Source of the DNA: a virus
Taxonomy: Duplodnaviria; Caudoviricetes
Virus record (IMG/VR): IMGVR_UViG_3300027653_000036
Span: 1-34,919 of that record
Direction: 5' to 3' (one strand)
Length of the DNA stretch: 34,919 nucleotides
The notes beneath the pieces are model-generated. The model had not been told where the DNA came from. It worked only from the letters and a program-made list of their open reading frames with translations, and did no database searches. The position numbers were made by a program, and so were the translations under genes. This document shows, in pieces, positions 16,195-25,382 of the stretch (positions within the stretch are counted from its first letter, which is position 1; every line of letters begins with the position of its first letter).

Positions 16195-16452
16195 TTATAC
16201 TAGAGTATCTATATATTTTATTACTTCATCTTTTATTTCTGGACTGATCTTTAATGTCGCTTGCATGGTCGAATAGTTGTTATTATCATCGTCAAGTTCG
16301 ATTTCAATATATGGGGTATTCGTCACCTTTTCCGACTCAAATTTTTCAAGAACCTTATCGTAAGTTGCATTCCTAGACTCTCGTTTTTCAAACTTCCAAT
16401 CATAACACTCTTCTCCAGACACTATTAATCTGATGTAATAATTATTACTCAT
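16195..16452 (-). CDS. Hypothetical moron protein
   Basis: 85 aa, RBS AGGAGGGG, followed by a hairpin terminator at about 16171-16195. Confidence 0.75.
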   Translation of the reverse strand: MSNNYYIRLIVSGEECYDWKFEKRESRNATYDKVLEKFESEKVTNTPYIEIELDDDNNNYSTMQATLKISPEIKDEVIKYIDTLV

Positions 16453-16519
16453 TTATATCCCCTCCTGTCACCATAATACGACAAAAAGAGGAAGGTTGCT
16501 ATCCAATTAAAGACGTGCG

Positions 16520-16735
16520 TTAGTTGAGTATGCCTTTTTGCTTACACCTATCAAAAAATCTTTTGTACCCTAGTACACCACCGTCAATCGAGATATATTC
16601 ATGATATGATCTTTTATCTTCAACGTCTTTAAATATCTCTTTAAACACATCGACATCGACGCTTTCTGTTTCAGATAAGTGCAACGTATTAATTGAAATA
16701 CATCTTTCAAAAACATCTTCCACTTTAACAGACAA
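16520..16735 (-). CDS. Hypothetical protein
   Basis: 71 aa, TTG start, RBS AGGAGGT. Confidence 0.65.
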   Translation of the reverse strand: MSVKVEDVFERCISINTLHLSETESVDVDVFKEIFKDVEDKRSYHEYISIDGGVLGYKRFFDRCKQKGILN

Positions 16736-16736
16736 A

Positions 16737-17270
16737 TCAATTACCTCCTATAAAAATAACTTCTATCGAACCCTCAGTTGTTGCGAAATTATTATTAGTA
16801 TATTCTAAAGCACAGTACAAACTAGGATTTTTAAGCTCTGGAAATTCACTGGGCATAAGCACTTGCCTTGCACCACTAGCCACAGATTTATCTGTGGAAA
16901 GTCTGTATAATGGGGGGTTACTTGGTGTCTCCGTAGCTCTATTTTCTTTTTCAACAAACACAACCCCTAGATTTGTCAATTCTACGTTAGTCTTGTTGTG
17001 TATATATATAAAAAGATTCCTGTAATTTCTTATATCCACCGCTTGCGGAAAAGCGGTAACACCAGTTATACCTATCCGACCTACCCGAAAACCTGTAATA
17101 CCACTGCTAACTTCCGTTTTCGCTAACACCACATTACTCCCAGTTAGTCGAACATCGTTAGCTCCATCTTGTCCTGTCAGCGGTTTAAATTCTTGTTCTG
17201 TTATATCCCAATACTGCGGTATTAAATCACCGTTCGCATCACGTAGCATTTGTTTTGTGCTATATGGCAT
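16737..17270 (-). CDS. Putative tail/baseplate accessory structural protein
   Basis: 177 aa, beta-rich, directly after Dit, RBS AAGGAGTG. Confidence 0.6.
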   Translation of the reverse strand: MPYSTKQMLRDANGDLIPQYWDITEQEFKPLTGQDGANDVRLTGSNVVLAKTEVSSGITGFRVGRIGITGVTAFPQAVDIRNYRNLFIYIHNKTNVELTNLGVVFVEKENRATETPSNPPLYRLSTDKSVASGARQVLMPSEFPELKNPSLYCALEYTNNNFATTEGSIEVIFIGGN

Positions 17271-17281
17271 TTTATCACTCC

Positions 17282-18139
17282 TTAAAACATAAATTTAAAC
17301 TCGAATGTAATAGGTTTTTTCTTTTGTTCAACCGGTATTCTCTTGCGTGGTAAGTTTGCTTGTACTGCGTATTCTCTTGCATCGGGAGCACCGCTAATTT
17401 CAAATTCGTTCCAGCCATGGTCTAGAGTGATTAATCGTTTGTTGGTATCCCTAAATATGGATAGGTTGTTTTTCGTTGACCGAATACCTTCTAAGACGAT
17501 CTCGTCACCGACATTACTACTTCCATTATAAGCCCACTCATCGCCTGTCGTTATATTTTTAATGCGTAAATTCTCGCTGTTACCCTTATACGATATTTTT
17601 AAATAGTGATTGATGTTGCGTGGGTCTATTGGTTTACCTGGGTTGTATATTTTAAATTTTGTAGCGTAAATATCTTGATAATCTGTGTAAGTTACGGGTA
17701 AATCTTGCAAATGCTCAAATGTACTTGCCATTGTTGACGTTCCGATTGATTCTGCGTACCCGTTAAATGCAATAAAATTCACTTCAAAGTCACCAAATAA
17801 TCCTTCTTGTGGTATCTCGTATTGTCCATTCGTTTTTACTTTCCAACGCTTTTCTGGCTGCCTTTTATCAATCAGATAAAATGATTGTTTACCGTCAAAC
17901 AAAGAGAAAATATCGTCTCTTATTCTCCCAAAATCTATCCAATCATCTGAAGCAAACTTGAATAACGCTCGAATTGTTCTTGGTGACAACGTTGAACCGA
18001 GAACAACTACGCCGTCCATCCCTTCTATTGATTCTGTTGTATGTTCATATGAAGGGGCAGCGACAATGAAGTCTTTTGTACGCACGCCTAATTCGTGTAA
18101 ATCAATTGGGGATTGCCCTTCTCTTTGTACGTATGTCAT
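17282..18139 (-). CDS. Distal tail protein (Dit, Sipho_tail family)
   Basis: Follows the tape measure gene; EGMDG...R.I...F, AESIG, NPG..IDPR, L..GWNEFEI motifs. Confidence 0.88.
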   Translation of the reverse strand: MTYVQREGQSPIDLHELGVRTKDFIVAAPSYEHTTESIEGMDGVVVLGSTLSPRTIRALFKFASDDWIDFGRIRDDIFSLFDGKQSFYLIDKRQPEKRWKVKTNGQYEIPQEGLFGDFEVNFIAFNGYAESIGTSTMASTFEHLQDLPVTYTDYQDIYATKFKIYNPGKPIDPRNINHYLKISYKGNSENLRIKNITTGDEWAYNGSSNVGDEIVLEGIRSTKNNLSIFRDTNKRLITLDHGWNEFEISGAPDAREYAVQANLPRKRIPVEQKKKPITFEFKFMF

Positions 18140-20505
18140 TAACGCTCCCCCCTCATAAACGCTTCAAGTGTTAATTTATCAGACATACCGTCATCAATGT
18201 ACGGTTCTGTGATTCTAGCGACTTCTTCACCGTCAACATTCATAACTACTTCAATTGTTTTTGTACCACCGCCACCTTCACGATATGGGCCTGCGTGTTC
18301 GGCAGGTACTACAGCCTCACCTCTGTGCAACATAGCTAACCCATCTGCGGTTACAAGGTTAGTCCCAACGTTTAATTCTGGTATTCGTGGCATACTTGGA
18401 AAACTGATATTTAATTGTCTGCCACCATAACGAGGTACCCAATCAGGTATTTTAGGTGTCCTTATGCTAATATTACCAATACCACTTAACATACCGTTTA
18501 TAGCTCCAATGACTCCGTTTATAGCACCTTTCACCGAATCAACAATACCGTCCCATATTCTTGACGTGGTTCTTTTAACTCCATTCCAAACTCTTGAAAT
18601 AGTGCTGCTTATTCTGTCGAAAACTCTTGAAACCGTTGAACTAACATTGTTGACGATCCTACTTATTGTGTTTTTGATACCATTCCAAACCCTGCTAGTC
18701 GTGTCTTTAATCGAACCCCAGATGTTGGATATGGTATTTCTGATTCTCGAGATTATATTTGATACAGTATCCCTGATTCCATTCCAAATATTCGACAGAA
18801 AACCGCTTATCGCATTAAAGATAGTAATGGTGGTTTCTTTTGCATTTTCCCAACTCTCACTAAAGAAATCGATGATGGCTGAGACTACAGTTGATACAGT
18901 TTCTTTGATTGACTCCCATGTTTCAGATAAAAATTCACTTATTATGTTAAAAGCCTCGATTGTGTATTCTTTAATTTCATCCCAATTTTCAATGATTAGA
19001 CCAATCAAGATTCCTATCGGTCCCAAAATTACCGCTAGAATGGTTGTACCCCATTCTTCGAAAAACTCTAGAATCGAGTTAAAGACATTAACCGCTGTCT
19101 CTTTGATCCATTCCCAGGCTTCAGTGAAAAATTCACTAATACTTGACCATACTTCTATAGCTGTCTCCTTTATCCACTCCCACGTCTCGGATAAAAAATC
19201 ACCAATTGCGGTAAATACCGTGATTGTAACTTCTTTTATTTCATCCCAATAAATTACCACTAAAGCAACTAACCCAGCTATTGCGGCAATAATTATAGCC
19301 GGCCAACTGGCAAGGAACGACAAGGCACCAGCGACAGTTTTTATAACCGGTAATATTGTTGTAAATGCAGATAATAACGGTCCAATTGCCGCCGCAATAC
19401 CGCCAACTAAAACAATTAGCCTTTGGGCGTGTGGTGATAGGTTTTGAAACCATTCGGCTACGGTCGTTACACCTTCGATTAATGGAGGGATGGCTTGTTT
19501 TGCTAAATCTATAAGGATTTTCCCTAGCGGCTCCAAAGCTAGTGTTGTTTGGTTTTTCAGTATTTGAAATTCTTCTCCAATTGTCCTGGTATCTTCTGTT
19601 GCTTCTTGGATAATGCCGCTTGAATCCTCAAAAGTTTCTCCCATATCATCCAGTGCAGGGATAGCACCATTTCTAACCGCATCCACCATTCGCTGCGCAC
19701 CCTGAGCACCAAATACTTCGGTAGCTATCGCTAGTGCTTCTGTTTCACTTTCTGCATCTTGCATAGCTATAATAGTTTTGTTTAGTTCTTCTCTGGAATT
19801 TTTACCTTCATCCGCCCATTTTCTAGTAGCTTGGTTTAAGCCTGGCATAATTCGAGTAACAGAAATACCATTAGCCTCGAGTCTTGCCATAAAGTCAGCT
19901 ACTTCGTCCATTTCAAAACCTGCGTTTTTCAGTGTTGTTCCATGAGCTGTGACCAATCCACTTAATTCACCTAATCCAACACCGTACGTTTGAGAAAGGT
20001 TATACAAATGGTCTAAATGCCCCTGTGCTTCTTCCGCCGGAATATTCCATGCGTTCAAGGCTTTACCGAAGGCTTCGGAAGTGGCAACACCATCTTCTCC
20101 CATGGTTCTAGCTGCATCTAACACGTTTTGTGTCAATCCTTCTAGCACTTCGCCTGTCCAACCTGTATACGTATTTAAGTTAGATAAAGCCGTAGCAACC
20201 TCATCGGCACTGTCGGGTACACCTACAAAAACAGTTTCAAATGACTGTTTTAAATTTTCCAGTTCGTCACCTGTTGCACCTGTACCGATTCTGATTTCTC
20301 GATAAGCCTTATCAACCGTATCAGCTGCCGCAAATGCGACTGTGCCTAATCCGACAATTGGAGCAGTGATTGCAGCACTCATTTTTGTGCCTACACCTTT
20401 TAGTTTGTCGGCTGCACCGTTTAAGTTTTTCTGCATGTCGCTTATGCCACGTTTAATACCGTCTTGATCAATCTTGGTATCAATCTTTATAGTTCCATCA
20501 GCCAT
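18139..20505 (-). CDS. Tape measure protein
   Basis: About 788 aa, MADGTIKIDT start, central hydrophobic segments, Trp/Phe periodic repeats. Confidence 0.95.
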   Translation of the reverse strand: MADGTIKIDTKIDQDGIKRGISDMQKNLNGAADKLKGVGTKMSAAITAPIVGLGTVAFAAADTVDKAYREIRIGTGATGDELENLKQSFETVFVGVPDSADEVATALSNLNTYTGWTGEVLEGLTQNVLDAARTMGEDGVATSEAFGKALNAWNIPAEEAQGHLDHLYNLSQTYGVGLGELSGLVTAHGTTLKNAGFEMDEVADFMARLEANGISVTRIMPGLNQATRKWADEGKNSREELNKTIIAMQDAESETEALAIATEVFGAQGAQRMVDAVRNGAIPALDDMGETFEDSSGIIQEATEDTRTIGEEFQILKNQTTLALEPLGKILIDLAKQAIPPLIEGVTTVAEWFQNLSPHAQRLIVLVGGIAAAIGPLLSAFTTILPVIKTVAGALSFLASWPAIIIAAIAGLVALVVIYWDEIKEVTITVFTAIGDFLSETWEWIKETAIEVWSSISEFFTEAWEWIKETAVNVFNSILEFFEEWGTTILAVILGPIGILIGLIIENWDEIKEYTIEAFNIISEFLSETWESIKETVSTVVSAIIDFFSESWENAKETTITIFNAISGFLSNIWNGIRDTVSNIISRIRNTISNIWGSIKDTTSRVWNGIKNTISRIVNNVSSTVSRVFDRISSTISRVWNGVKRTTSRIWDGIVDSVKGAINGVIGAINGMLSGIGNISIRTPKIPDWVPRYGGRQLNISFPSMPRIPELNVGTNLVTADGLAMLHRGEAVVPAEHAGPYREGGGGTKTIEVVMNVDGEEVARITEPYIDDGMSDKLTLEAFMRGER

Positions 20506-21148
20506 TGTCCTCACCCCTTCCTCCAAAAGCCGTAATTAGTTGGTCAAATACGTCATCAGCATTCTTTTCTTCTTGTTCGATTGCATATTTTTTCTTAAGC
20601 TCAATAATCTTTCGTTTATGTTTTTCGAATGAGTTTTTGTGGTCGTCCTTCTTTGGCACTTCCATCATTCGGATGTTAACAACTTGCATAAATGGTGTTT
20701 TTTCACTCAAACCGCCCAGTAATGCAAGGAATTTTCGCCAATCTAATTTGCCTTGTTGTTCAAATAAATCGATATTGTAATCCATTAAAAAAGACGCGTA
20801 TATCCTTTCCGCGTCAATTTTAAAATCAAATTCTTTTTGTTTTATCGATTGTTTTTCTGTGGATCCACCTTGTTGTTCTTCCTGTGCTTGCTTTTTGTTT
20901 AAATCCTGCCCTAGAAACTCAATCATGATATATTCAAAAATTTCATATTGCTCGTGTGGTGAGAGGTGTTTTATTTTGTGGTAATTATAAATAAGTGCTT
21001 CTAATCCCCAAAACAATTTATGCTCTTCTAGTAAGTGATCATCTTCTAACAAATCGTGAAATCGCAATATATTATCAAATGACATGTCCAACTCTAGGAC
21101 TACATCACCCCAAATAAATTCTGTTTCTAAATTTTGCGACAAATCCAT
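20498..21148 (-). CDS. Gp15-family tail assembly protein (A118-like)
   Basis: LDMSFDNIL, DAERIYASF..DYNIDL, LDWRKF.ALL.GL...T. Confidence 0.88.
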   Translation of the reverse strand: MDLSQNLETEFIWGDVVLELDMSFDNILRFHDLLEDDHLLEEHKLFWGLEALIYNYHKIKHLSPHEQYEIFEYIMIEFLGQDLNKKQAQEEQQGGSTEKQSIKQKEFDFKIDAERIYASFLMDYNIDLFEQQGKLDWRKFLALLGGLSEKTPFMQVVNIRMMEVPKKDDHKNSFEKHKRKIIELKKKYAIEQEEKNADDVFDQLITAFGGRGEDNG

Positions 21149-21151
21149 ACG

Positions 21152-21541
21152 CTATTTCTTTCTTTTTTGCACGTATTTTTGTTTCATCTTTTCATTTTCT
21201 TTTTGCTGTTTGTCATAGAGATAATCAATTACTTGATAGAGCACATCAGCCATGACATAGATAGATTCGTTTGTTTTTGGGTATATTTTTTCAAATGCAC
21301 CTTCACCAAGAACGAAATTAGTAGATTCTTTTAGAAGATTCTCCACTTCCTCAATAGCTTGTAACTGCTCCTCCTTAGTTGCATCCTCTGACATATCCTC
21401 AATTTCTTTAGCTTTTTCTTGTAGTTCATGACCTTTTAAAACCATTTCCTTTACATTCGATGTGGTAATGTCTACTTCAAACTGCATACCTTCTATATCA
21501 ATTGTTTCTGTTTCTTGTTTTTTAATATTGAAACTTTTCAT
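21152..21541 (-). CDS. Tail assembly chaperone
   Basis: VLGEGAFEKIY motif; lies between the major tail gene and Gp15. Confidence 0.8.
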   Translation of the reverse strand: MKSFNIKKQETETIDIEGMQFEVDITTSNVKEMVLKGHELQEKAKEIEDMSEDATKEEQLQAIEEVENLLKESTNFVLGEGAFEKIYPKTNESIYVMADVLYQVIDYLYDKQQKENEKMKQKYVQKRKK

Positions 21542-21563
21542 TGTTTATCCTCCTAAAAGAAAA

Positions 21564-21588
21564 GAGAAGCCGCGATATGCAGCTTCTT
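21564..21588. terminator. Intrinsic terminator
   Basis: AGAAGC..GCTTCT stem with a U-rich tail on the minus strand. Confidence 0.55.
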
Positions 21589-21998
21589 TAAACCTCAAAT
21601 CCTTGTGCCTGATTTACCGGCATGCTTCCGTATTTGCGTACAATTTTAACTACTTCACCCTCTGTTACTGAGTGCGTGGTATAACCGATGTGAGCACCTT
21701 CTTCTGGTCTGTAGGTCTTCACCCTCCCGTCAGTGTCGCACATAACAAGCGTTCCGGCTGGTAGGTTTTGTGACGCCTCAACTTCCCAAATTGGGTTATT
21801 CGCAATTGACACATTCACAAAACTACCCTCCTCCAAGTCTGCACTTGTATAAAAGTCCGGTATCCATCCTAATTCCGATAGTTTTAAATAAATCGTCTCC
21901 CAACCTTCTTCGGTATTTCCGTCTGAATCAATCCCGCCCAAAGCCAAAAGTCGATTGGCGGGGATGTTTTGTATTACCTTCGCCTCTAGTCTGATCAT
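21588..21998 (-). CDS. Putative decoration/cement-like structural protein (DUF2190-like)
   Basis: Two related halves (IPANRLLAL / LPAGTLVMCDTDGRV...IGY...EGEVVKI). Confidence 0.5.
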   Translation of the reverse strand: MIRLEAKVIQNIPANRLLALGGIDSDGNTEEGWETIYLKLSELGWIPDFYTSADLEEGSFVNVSIANNPIWEVEASQNLPAGTLVMCDTDGRVKTYRPEEGAHIGYTTHSVTEGEVVKIVRKYGSMPVNQAQGFEV

Positions 21999-22462
21999 TA
22001 ACCTTCAACTCCATTGCCATTTTCTTCGGCTGGTGTGTATTCCGGCTTTCCTGCGAAGTGTATTTCAAATGAAATTGCACCTTTTTCACCTGCTGCTCCA
22101 CCAGGTCCAACAATGTTCGCAATCGTACATGGACCTTCAAATGTTGCTCCGTCCGGTAGAGTTAACCGGAAATCGGTACGTCTAGCAGGCCCAAGCTCCA
22201 TTTGTAAACCATAAATGAAGTCTTGTGCTTCATCACCGTATTTACGATGTCCGCTGACTGAAACGATTAATTGTGCACCTGTTACATCCGTTTCTCCGAA
22301 TCCATCACCGTCAAAATAATTATCTTGTGCAAGTTCTTCATTCGGGTCTGGTTCCATGTCTGTAATTCCAGCTGCTAAACGTGCCCACGTTTCCTCTCCA
22401 CTGCCTGGTGTTGTATTAATTTCCAATAAGTTTTCAGATTGCAATAAAAATCCTTCTGGCAT
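21998..22462 (-). CDS. Major tail protein
   Basis: WARLAAGI...Y.DG.G...DVTG.Q....SGHR..GD.AQDFI, typical of A118-like tails; position fits. Confidence 0.88.
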   Translation of the reverse strand: MPEGFLLQSENLLEINTTPGSGEETWARLAAGITDMEPDPNEELAQDNYFDGDGFGETDVTGAQLIVSVSGHRKYGDEAQDFIYGLQMELGPARRTDFRLTLPDGATFEGPCTIANIVGPGGAAGEKGAISFEIHFAGKPEYTPAEENGNGVEG

Positions 22463-22464
22463 GT

Positions 22465-22863
22465 TCATTCATCTCCTTTAATGTATAAATCCGCTTGAAA
22501 AATTGCCGTCCACAACACACCGTAACTTGTCTTTTGAACAAAATTAGGCGTTGTCGTGCATTGCATTGAAACCAAACTAAAAGAGCCATCACTCGACGTG
22601 ATAGCCCTTGAATTTAAGTTGTCTAATGTACTTGTTAACTGATTCAACGAGTCATAAGCAATAGCATTGCTCCTATTATGCATTAGAATTTGAAACGAAA
22701 ACGGATAAATTTTACCTTCCTCCATGTATCTTTCGTTAATATTAGAAGGTGCCGGACGTATTGCTACGCTGTTTCCGTTCTCGCTATATACTCCGATATT
22801 CACAACAGAAGGAGTGGATGGTAGTCCTTCCATAAACTCTTTTAATCGGTCTATAAAGTCCAT
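22465..22863 (-). CDS. Tail terminator-like (minor capsid 3 family) protein
   Basis: Position before the major tail gene; FQIL, S.DGSF, TTPNFV. Confidence 0.75.
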   Translation of the reverse strand: MDFIDRLKEFMEGLPSTPSVVNIGVYSENGNSVAIRPAPSNINERYMEEGKIYPFSFQILMHNRSNAIAYDSLNQLTSTLDNLNSRAITSSDGSFSLVSMQCTTTPNFVQKTSYGVLWTAIFQADLYIKGDE

Positions 22864-22873
22864 TGCACCCCTC

Positions 22874-23221
22874 CTATATTCTTGATTTCACTGCTTTTTC
22901 AGCTATTTCTAACCACTCTTTGCGTTTTTCCGCTTTGGCAGCTTCCCACCACAACCCACGTGCGTTAGGGTTCTTATCTGTGCTAAAGTTGTATTGCGGA
23001 TTGTAGTAAAGTCTGCGAGCGTATGGAGTCATCCAATACAGTTCTCCATCACCCAATTTTGAATGTAGCAAGCTACTATCCCTTAAATTCCATTGATCAG
23101 CAGGAATATAAAAATTAGAGTCCTTTAAAGCTTGTTCGTCTAACACATATTGCCCATATTCAAACGCTGACGGCACTTTTACCGGGATAGTTCCCATGTT
23201 TACATGTACTCTGCCAATCAT
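22874..23221 (-). CDS. Neck/tail completion (minor capsid 2 family) protein
   Basis: DSNFYIP, TPYARRLYY, NPNA.GLW.E.AK. Confidence 0.82.
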   Translation of the reverse strand: MIGRVHVNMGTIPVKVPSAFEYGQYVLDEQALKDSNFYIPADQWNLRDSSLLHSKLGDGELYWMTPYARRLYYNPQYNFSTDKNPNARGLWWEAAKAEKRKEWLEIAEKAVKSRI

Positions 23222-23225
23222 ACTA

Positions 23226-23558
23226 TCACCGCAATTCCAGTTCGTAATGATGGATTTCTCGACCAAACGCATAGAAAGACTTTACGTCAACAACTTCTCT
23301 ACTAATCTCATTAAACGTTACTCTATCGCCCACATTGAAGTTAGGAAATTGGCTAGAATGCTTACGGTCGACAAATACAACGTGACTAACGACCTCGCCT
23401 TGCGAATCACTACCACGTTGCAACCGACTTGTCGCTTCCACTCTTACATTTTTTATAGTGACAGGTTCTTCGTATTCTGGATCCCAGCCATCATCATTGA
23501 TTAACCGTTCGTGCTCAATAGAGTGTATTAGCAATTTCTTGGGTATTTGTTTAACCAT
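23226..23558 (-). CDS. Head closure (minor capsid 1 family) protein
   Basis: IPKKLLIHSI, I.NVRVE, HHYELEL. Confidence 0.8.
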   Translation of the reverse strand: MVKQIPKKLLIHSIEHERLINDDGWDPEYEEPVTIKNVRVEATSRLQRGSDSQGEVVSHVVFVDRKHSSQFPNFNVGDRVTFNEISREVVDVKSFYAFGREIHHYELELR

Positions 23559-23949
23559 AAGTGCCAACTCCTGTATAAAGTAGTCCTGTGTGCTTTAAAT
23601 AAGCCAATGCGGATGGACTCACTCTTTTTGCTTGTCTGTTTTGTGTATTGCCTGCAGAATCCCTGCCGCTTGAATAGCTAAATGAGCCAATGGAGACGTT
23701 TGATAAGTCCTCACCTGCATCTAGTTCAGCGTAACCACCATTCACTTGGTAGAACTCAATTTGAGAGCATACGGCTTTCTTGATTTGCGTTTGTATGAAT
23801 TCGGGCATGTTTTCGAGGTCTTTAATACGATAGTTCGTTAGTTGGTCTATAACCTCGCTTGCTCGCTTTGAAAATCGAGGGAAGTCCGACTGTTCAATCG
23901 GTTCCCCCATGTATTCGTTGTTGTAGTAATCTTCGTCTACATAAGGCAT
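23551..23949 (-). CDS. Head-tail adaptor
   Basis: YV..DYY, RAS..ID.LT, KKAVC.Q.E, SIGSFSYS, L..TGLLY.G. Confidence 0.85.
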   Translation of the reverse strand: MPYVDEDYYNNEYMGEPIEQSDFPRFSKRASEVIDQLTNYRIKDLENMPEFIQTQIKKAVCSQIEFYQVNGGYAELDAGEDLSNVSIGSFSYSSGRDSAGNTQNRQAKRVSPSALAYLKHTGLLYTGVGTYG

Positions 23950-24257
23950 CAAGCATCACCATCATCAATCAACGCCAAAAGAGCATCTACCTGCTCTTGA
24001 GTAAATTGCGGTTCAGCATCCTGTCCTGGTGGACCTTGTTCTCCGGGAGGGCCTTGTTCACCTTGCGGACCTTGCTCTCCTTGTGGTCCTTGAGGTCCAA
24101 CTAAAGACTGCAACCATTCCTCTTCAGTTCCTTCAAATCCATGCCTAACTGCTATTTCATAAGCAGACTCTCCAGCACCACCACCCACACCAGATACAGG
24201 TAGTGGGTTATCTTCCGATACAGGCTTTCCGTTTGGATGATATAAAACCTCAGCCAT
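23949..24257 (-). CDS. Collagen-like head fibre/decoration protein
   Basis: SAYEIAV..GF.GTEEEWL.SL followed by nine Gly-X-Y triplets. Confidence 0.75.
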   Translation of the reverse strand: MAEVLYHPNGKPVSEDNPLPVSGVGGGAGESAYEIAVRHGFEGTEEEWLQSLVGPQGPQGEQGPQGEQGPPGEQGPPGQDAEPQFTQEQVDALLALIDDGDA

Positions 24258-24500
24258 TTAATCACCCTCTTCTAATGCTTTTATTAATTCTTTTTTCTTC
24301 ATATTGCTATATCCTTCAATGTCTTTTTCCTTAGCTATTTCTTTAAGTTCTGGGACGGTCATTTCATTTAACGTCTTCGCTTCTTTCTTTTCCTGTTTTG
24401 TTTCAATCTCCTGTCCTTTTTCCCGCCCGGCTTCACTCTTCCTTTTTTGCTCAATGGATTTATCCTCCTTCAAGCGTTCTTTATAACGATAAATGAGCAT
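24258..24500 (-). CDS. Rho-N/HeH domain small protein
   Basis: LNEMTVPELKEIAKEKDIEGYSNMKKKELI; RBS AGGAGTG. Confidence 0.82.
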   Translation of the reverse strand: MLIYRYKERLKEDKSIEQKRKSEAGREKGQEIETKQEKKEAKTLNEMTVPELKEIAKEKDIEGYSNMKKKELIKALEEGD

Positions 24501-24516
24501 TTTATCACTCCTAAAA

Positions 24517-24545
24517 AACAGCAAGGGAAGTATACCCTCGCTGTT
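24517..24545. terminator. Terminator after the major capsid gene
   Basis: AACAGC.AGGG / CCCT.GCTGTT stem with a U run on the minus strand. Confidence 0.65.
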
Positions 24546-25366
24546 TATCCTTCTACGTCGCTACCAGTAATGATTTTAACTGCTTTTGATTCATCATATA
24601 AATGAGCACCATAATGTTGATCAGCAGTGATTACAGTAGTTTTATGAATAATATCACGGTCACTTTCTGTTTCAACGTTACGTTTCATGTAAATTGCAGT
24701 AGCACCGCTTTTCACAAGGTAAGCTGTTCCTTCCTCGATTTTACGAGAACGAACAATTTGAGCACCTAAAACCTCACCGAAAACACCACGTACAAGGATG
24801 TCATCCCCTAAATCAGACGCACGAGTCCAATCTTCCCCAGCACTTTTACGTAACGTACCAGCATCTTTCGGATTAACGAATAGAACCATTGGCTCTGGAT
24901 CCTCATCATTGAAAATTGCTTGTGCTGCATCAACTGCATCAAATGTAATGCCTTCAGCAGATTCATAAACAAGTGATGTCGTGTCAAGTGCTTCGAGAAC
25001 GTCATTATCTACTTTATTAGCAATAGACATAAGCAACTGATTTTCTGCTTCACCGATAGGGTCTCCTAAGCCAGATAAGACAGCTTCGTCAGTGATTTCT
25101 ACACCTTTTCCTGCTTTCTTGATGGTAAAGTCTTCAGTAGCAGTTTCAAGCTTCGCTAAATCAATAGCCTCCCCCTCTGCCACATCCTCAGCATCACCGA
25201 TATATTTAAAGCGTGGTACTGTTACCGTACTTCCAGGACGACCTTGTAACGTCGTATCTACTCGAGAAATTGGCGAAAAACGGATGGCATCCTCCAATTG
25301 TGCTGAAATCATATCTGCTAGTACTTCTGGGTCTACCATGTTTTCTAAATATGTTCTGTTTGGCAT
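24545..25366 (-). CDS. Major capsid protein (N4-gp56-like family, HK97 fold)
   Basis: DPEVLADMI, TLQGRPGSTVTVP...YIGDAEDVAEG, KKAGKGVEITDEA. Confidence 0.93.
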   Translation of the reverse strand: MPNRTYLENMVDPEVLADMISAQLEDAIRFSPISRVDTTLQGRPGSTVTVPRFKYIGDAEDVAEGEAIDLAKLETATEDFTIKKAGKGVEITDEAVLSGLGDPIGEAENQLLMSIANKVDNDVLEALDTTSLVYESAEGITFDAVDAAQAIFNDEDPEPMVLFVNPKDAGTLRKSAGEDWTRASDLGDDILVRGVFGEVLGAQIVRSRKIEEGTAYLVKSGATAIYMKRNVETESDRDIIHKTTVITADQHYGAHLYDESKAVKIITGSDVEG

Positions 25367-25382
25367 AATCAATTACCTCCTG

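Noticed and set aside
18464-19252. 262-aa plus-strand ORF and the many other antisense ORFs in the track (e.g. 6..470, 25549..26040)
   Set aside because: They shadow well-supported minus-strand genes and lack RBS or motifs.
21990-22010. Programmed frameshift extending the major tail protein into the next gene
   Set aside because: The -1 frame has a TGA three codons before the ATG and there is no slippery sequence; TAATG coupling explains the overlap.
21998-24560. Major capsid and major tail proteins both end in VEG
   Set aside because: A three-residue match with no mechanism I can support.
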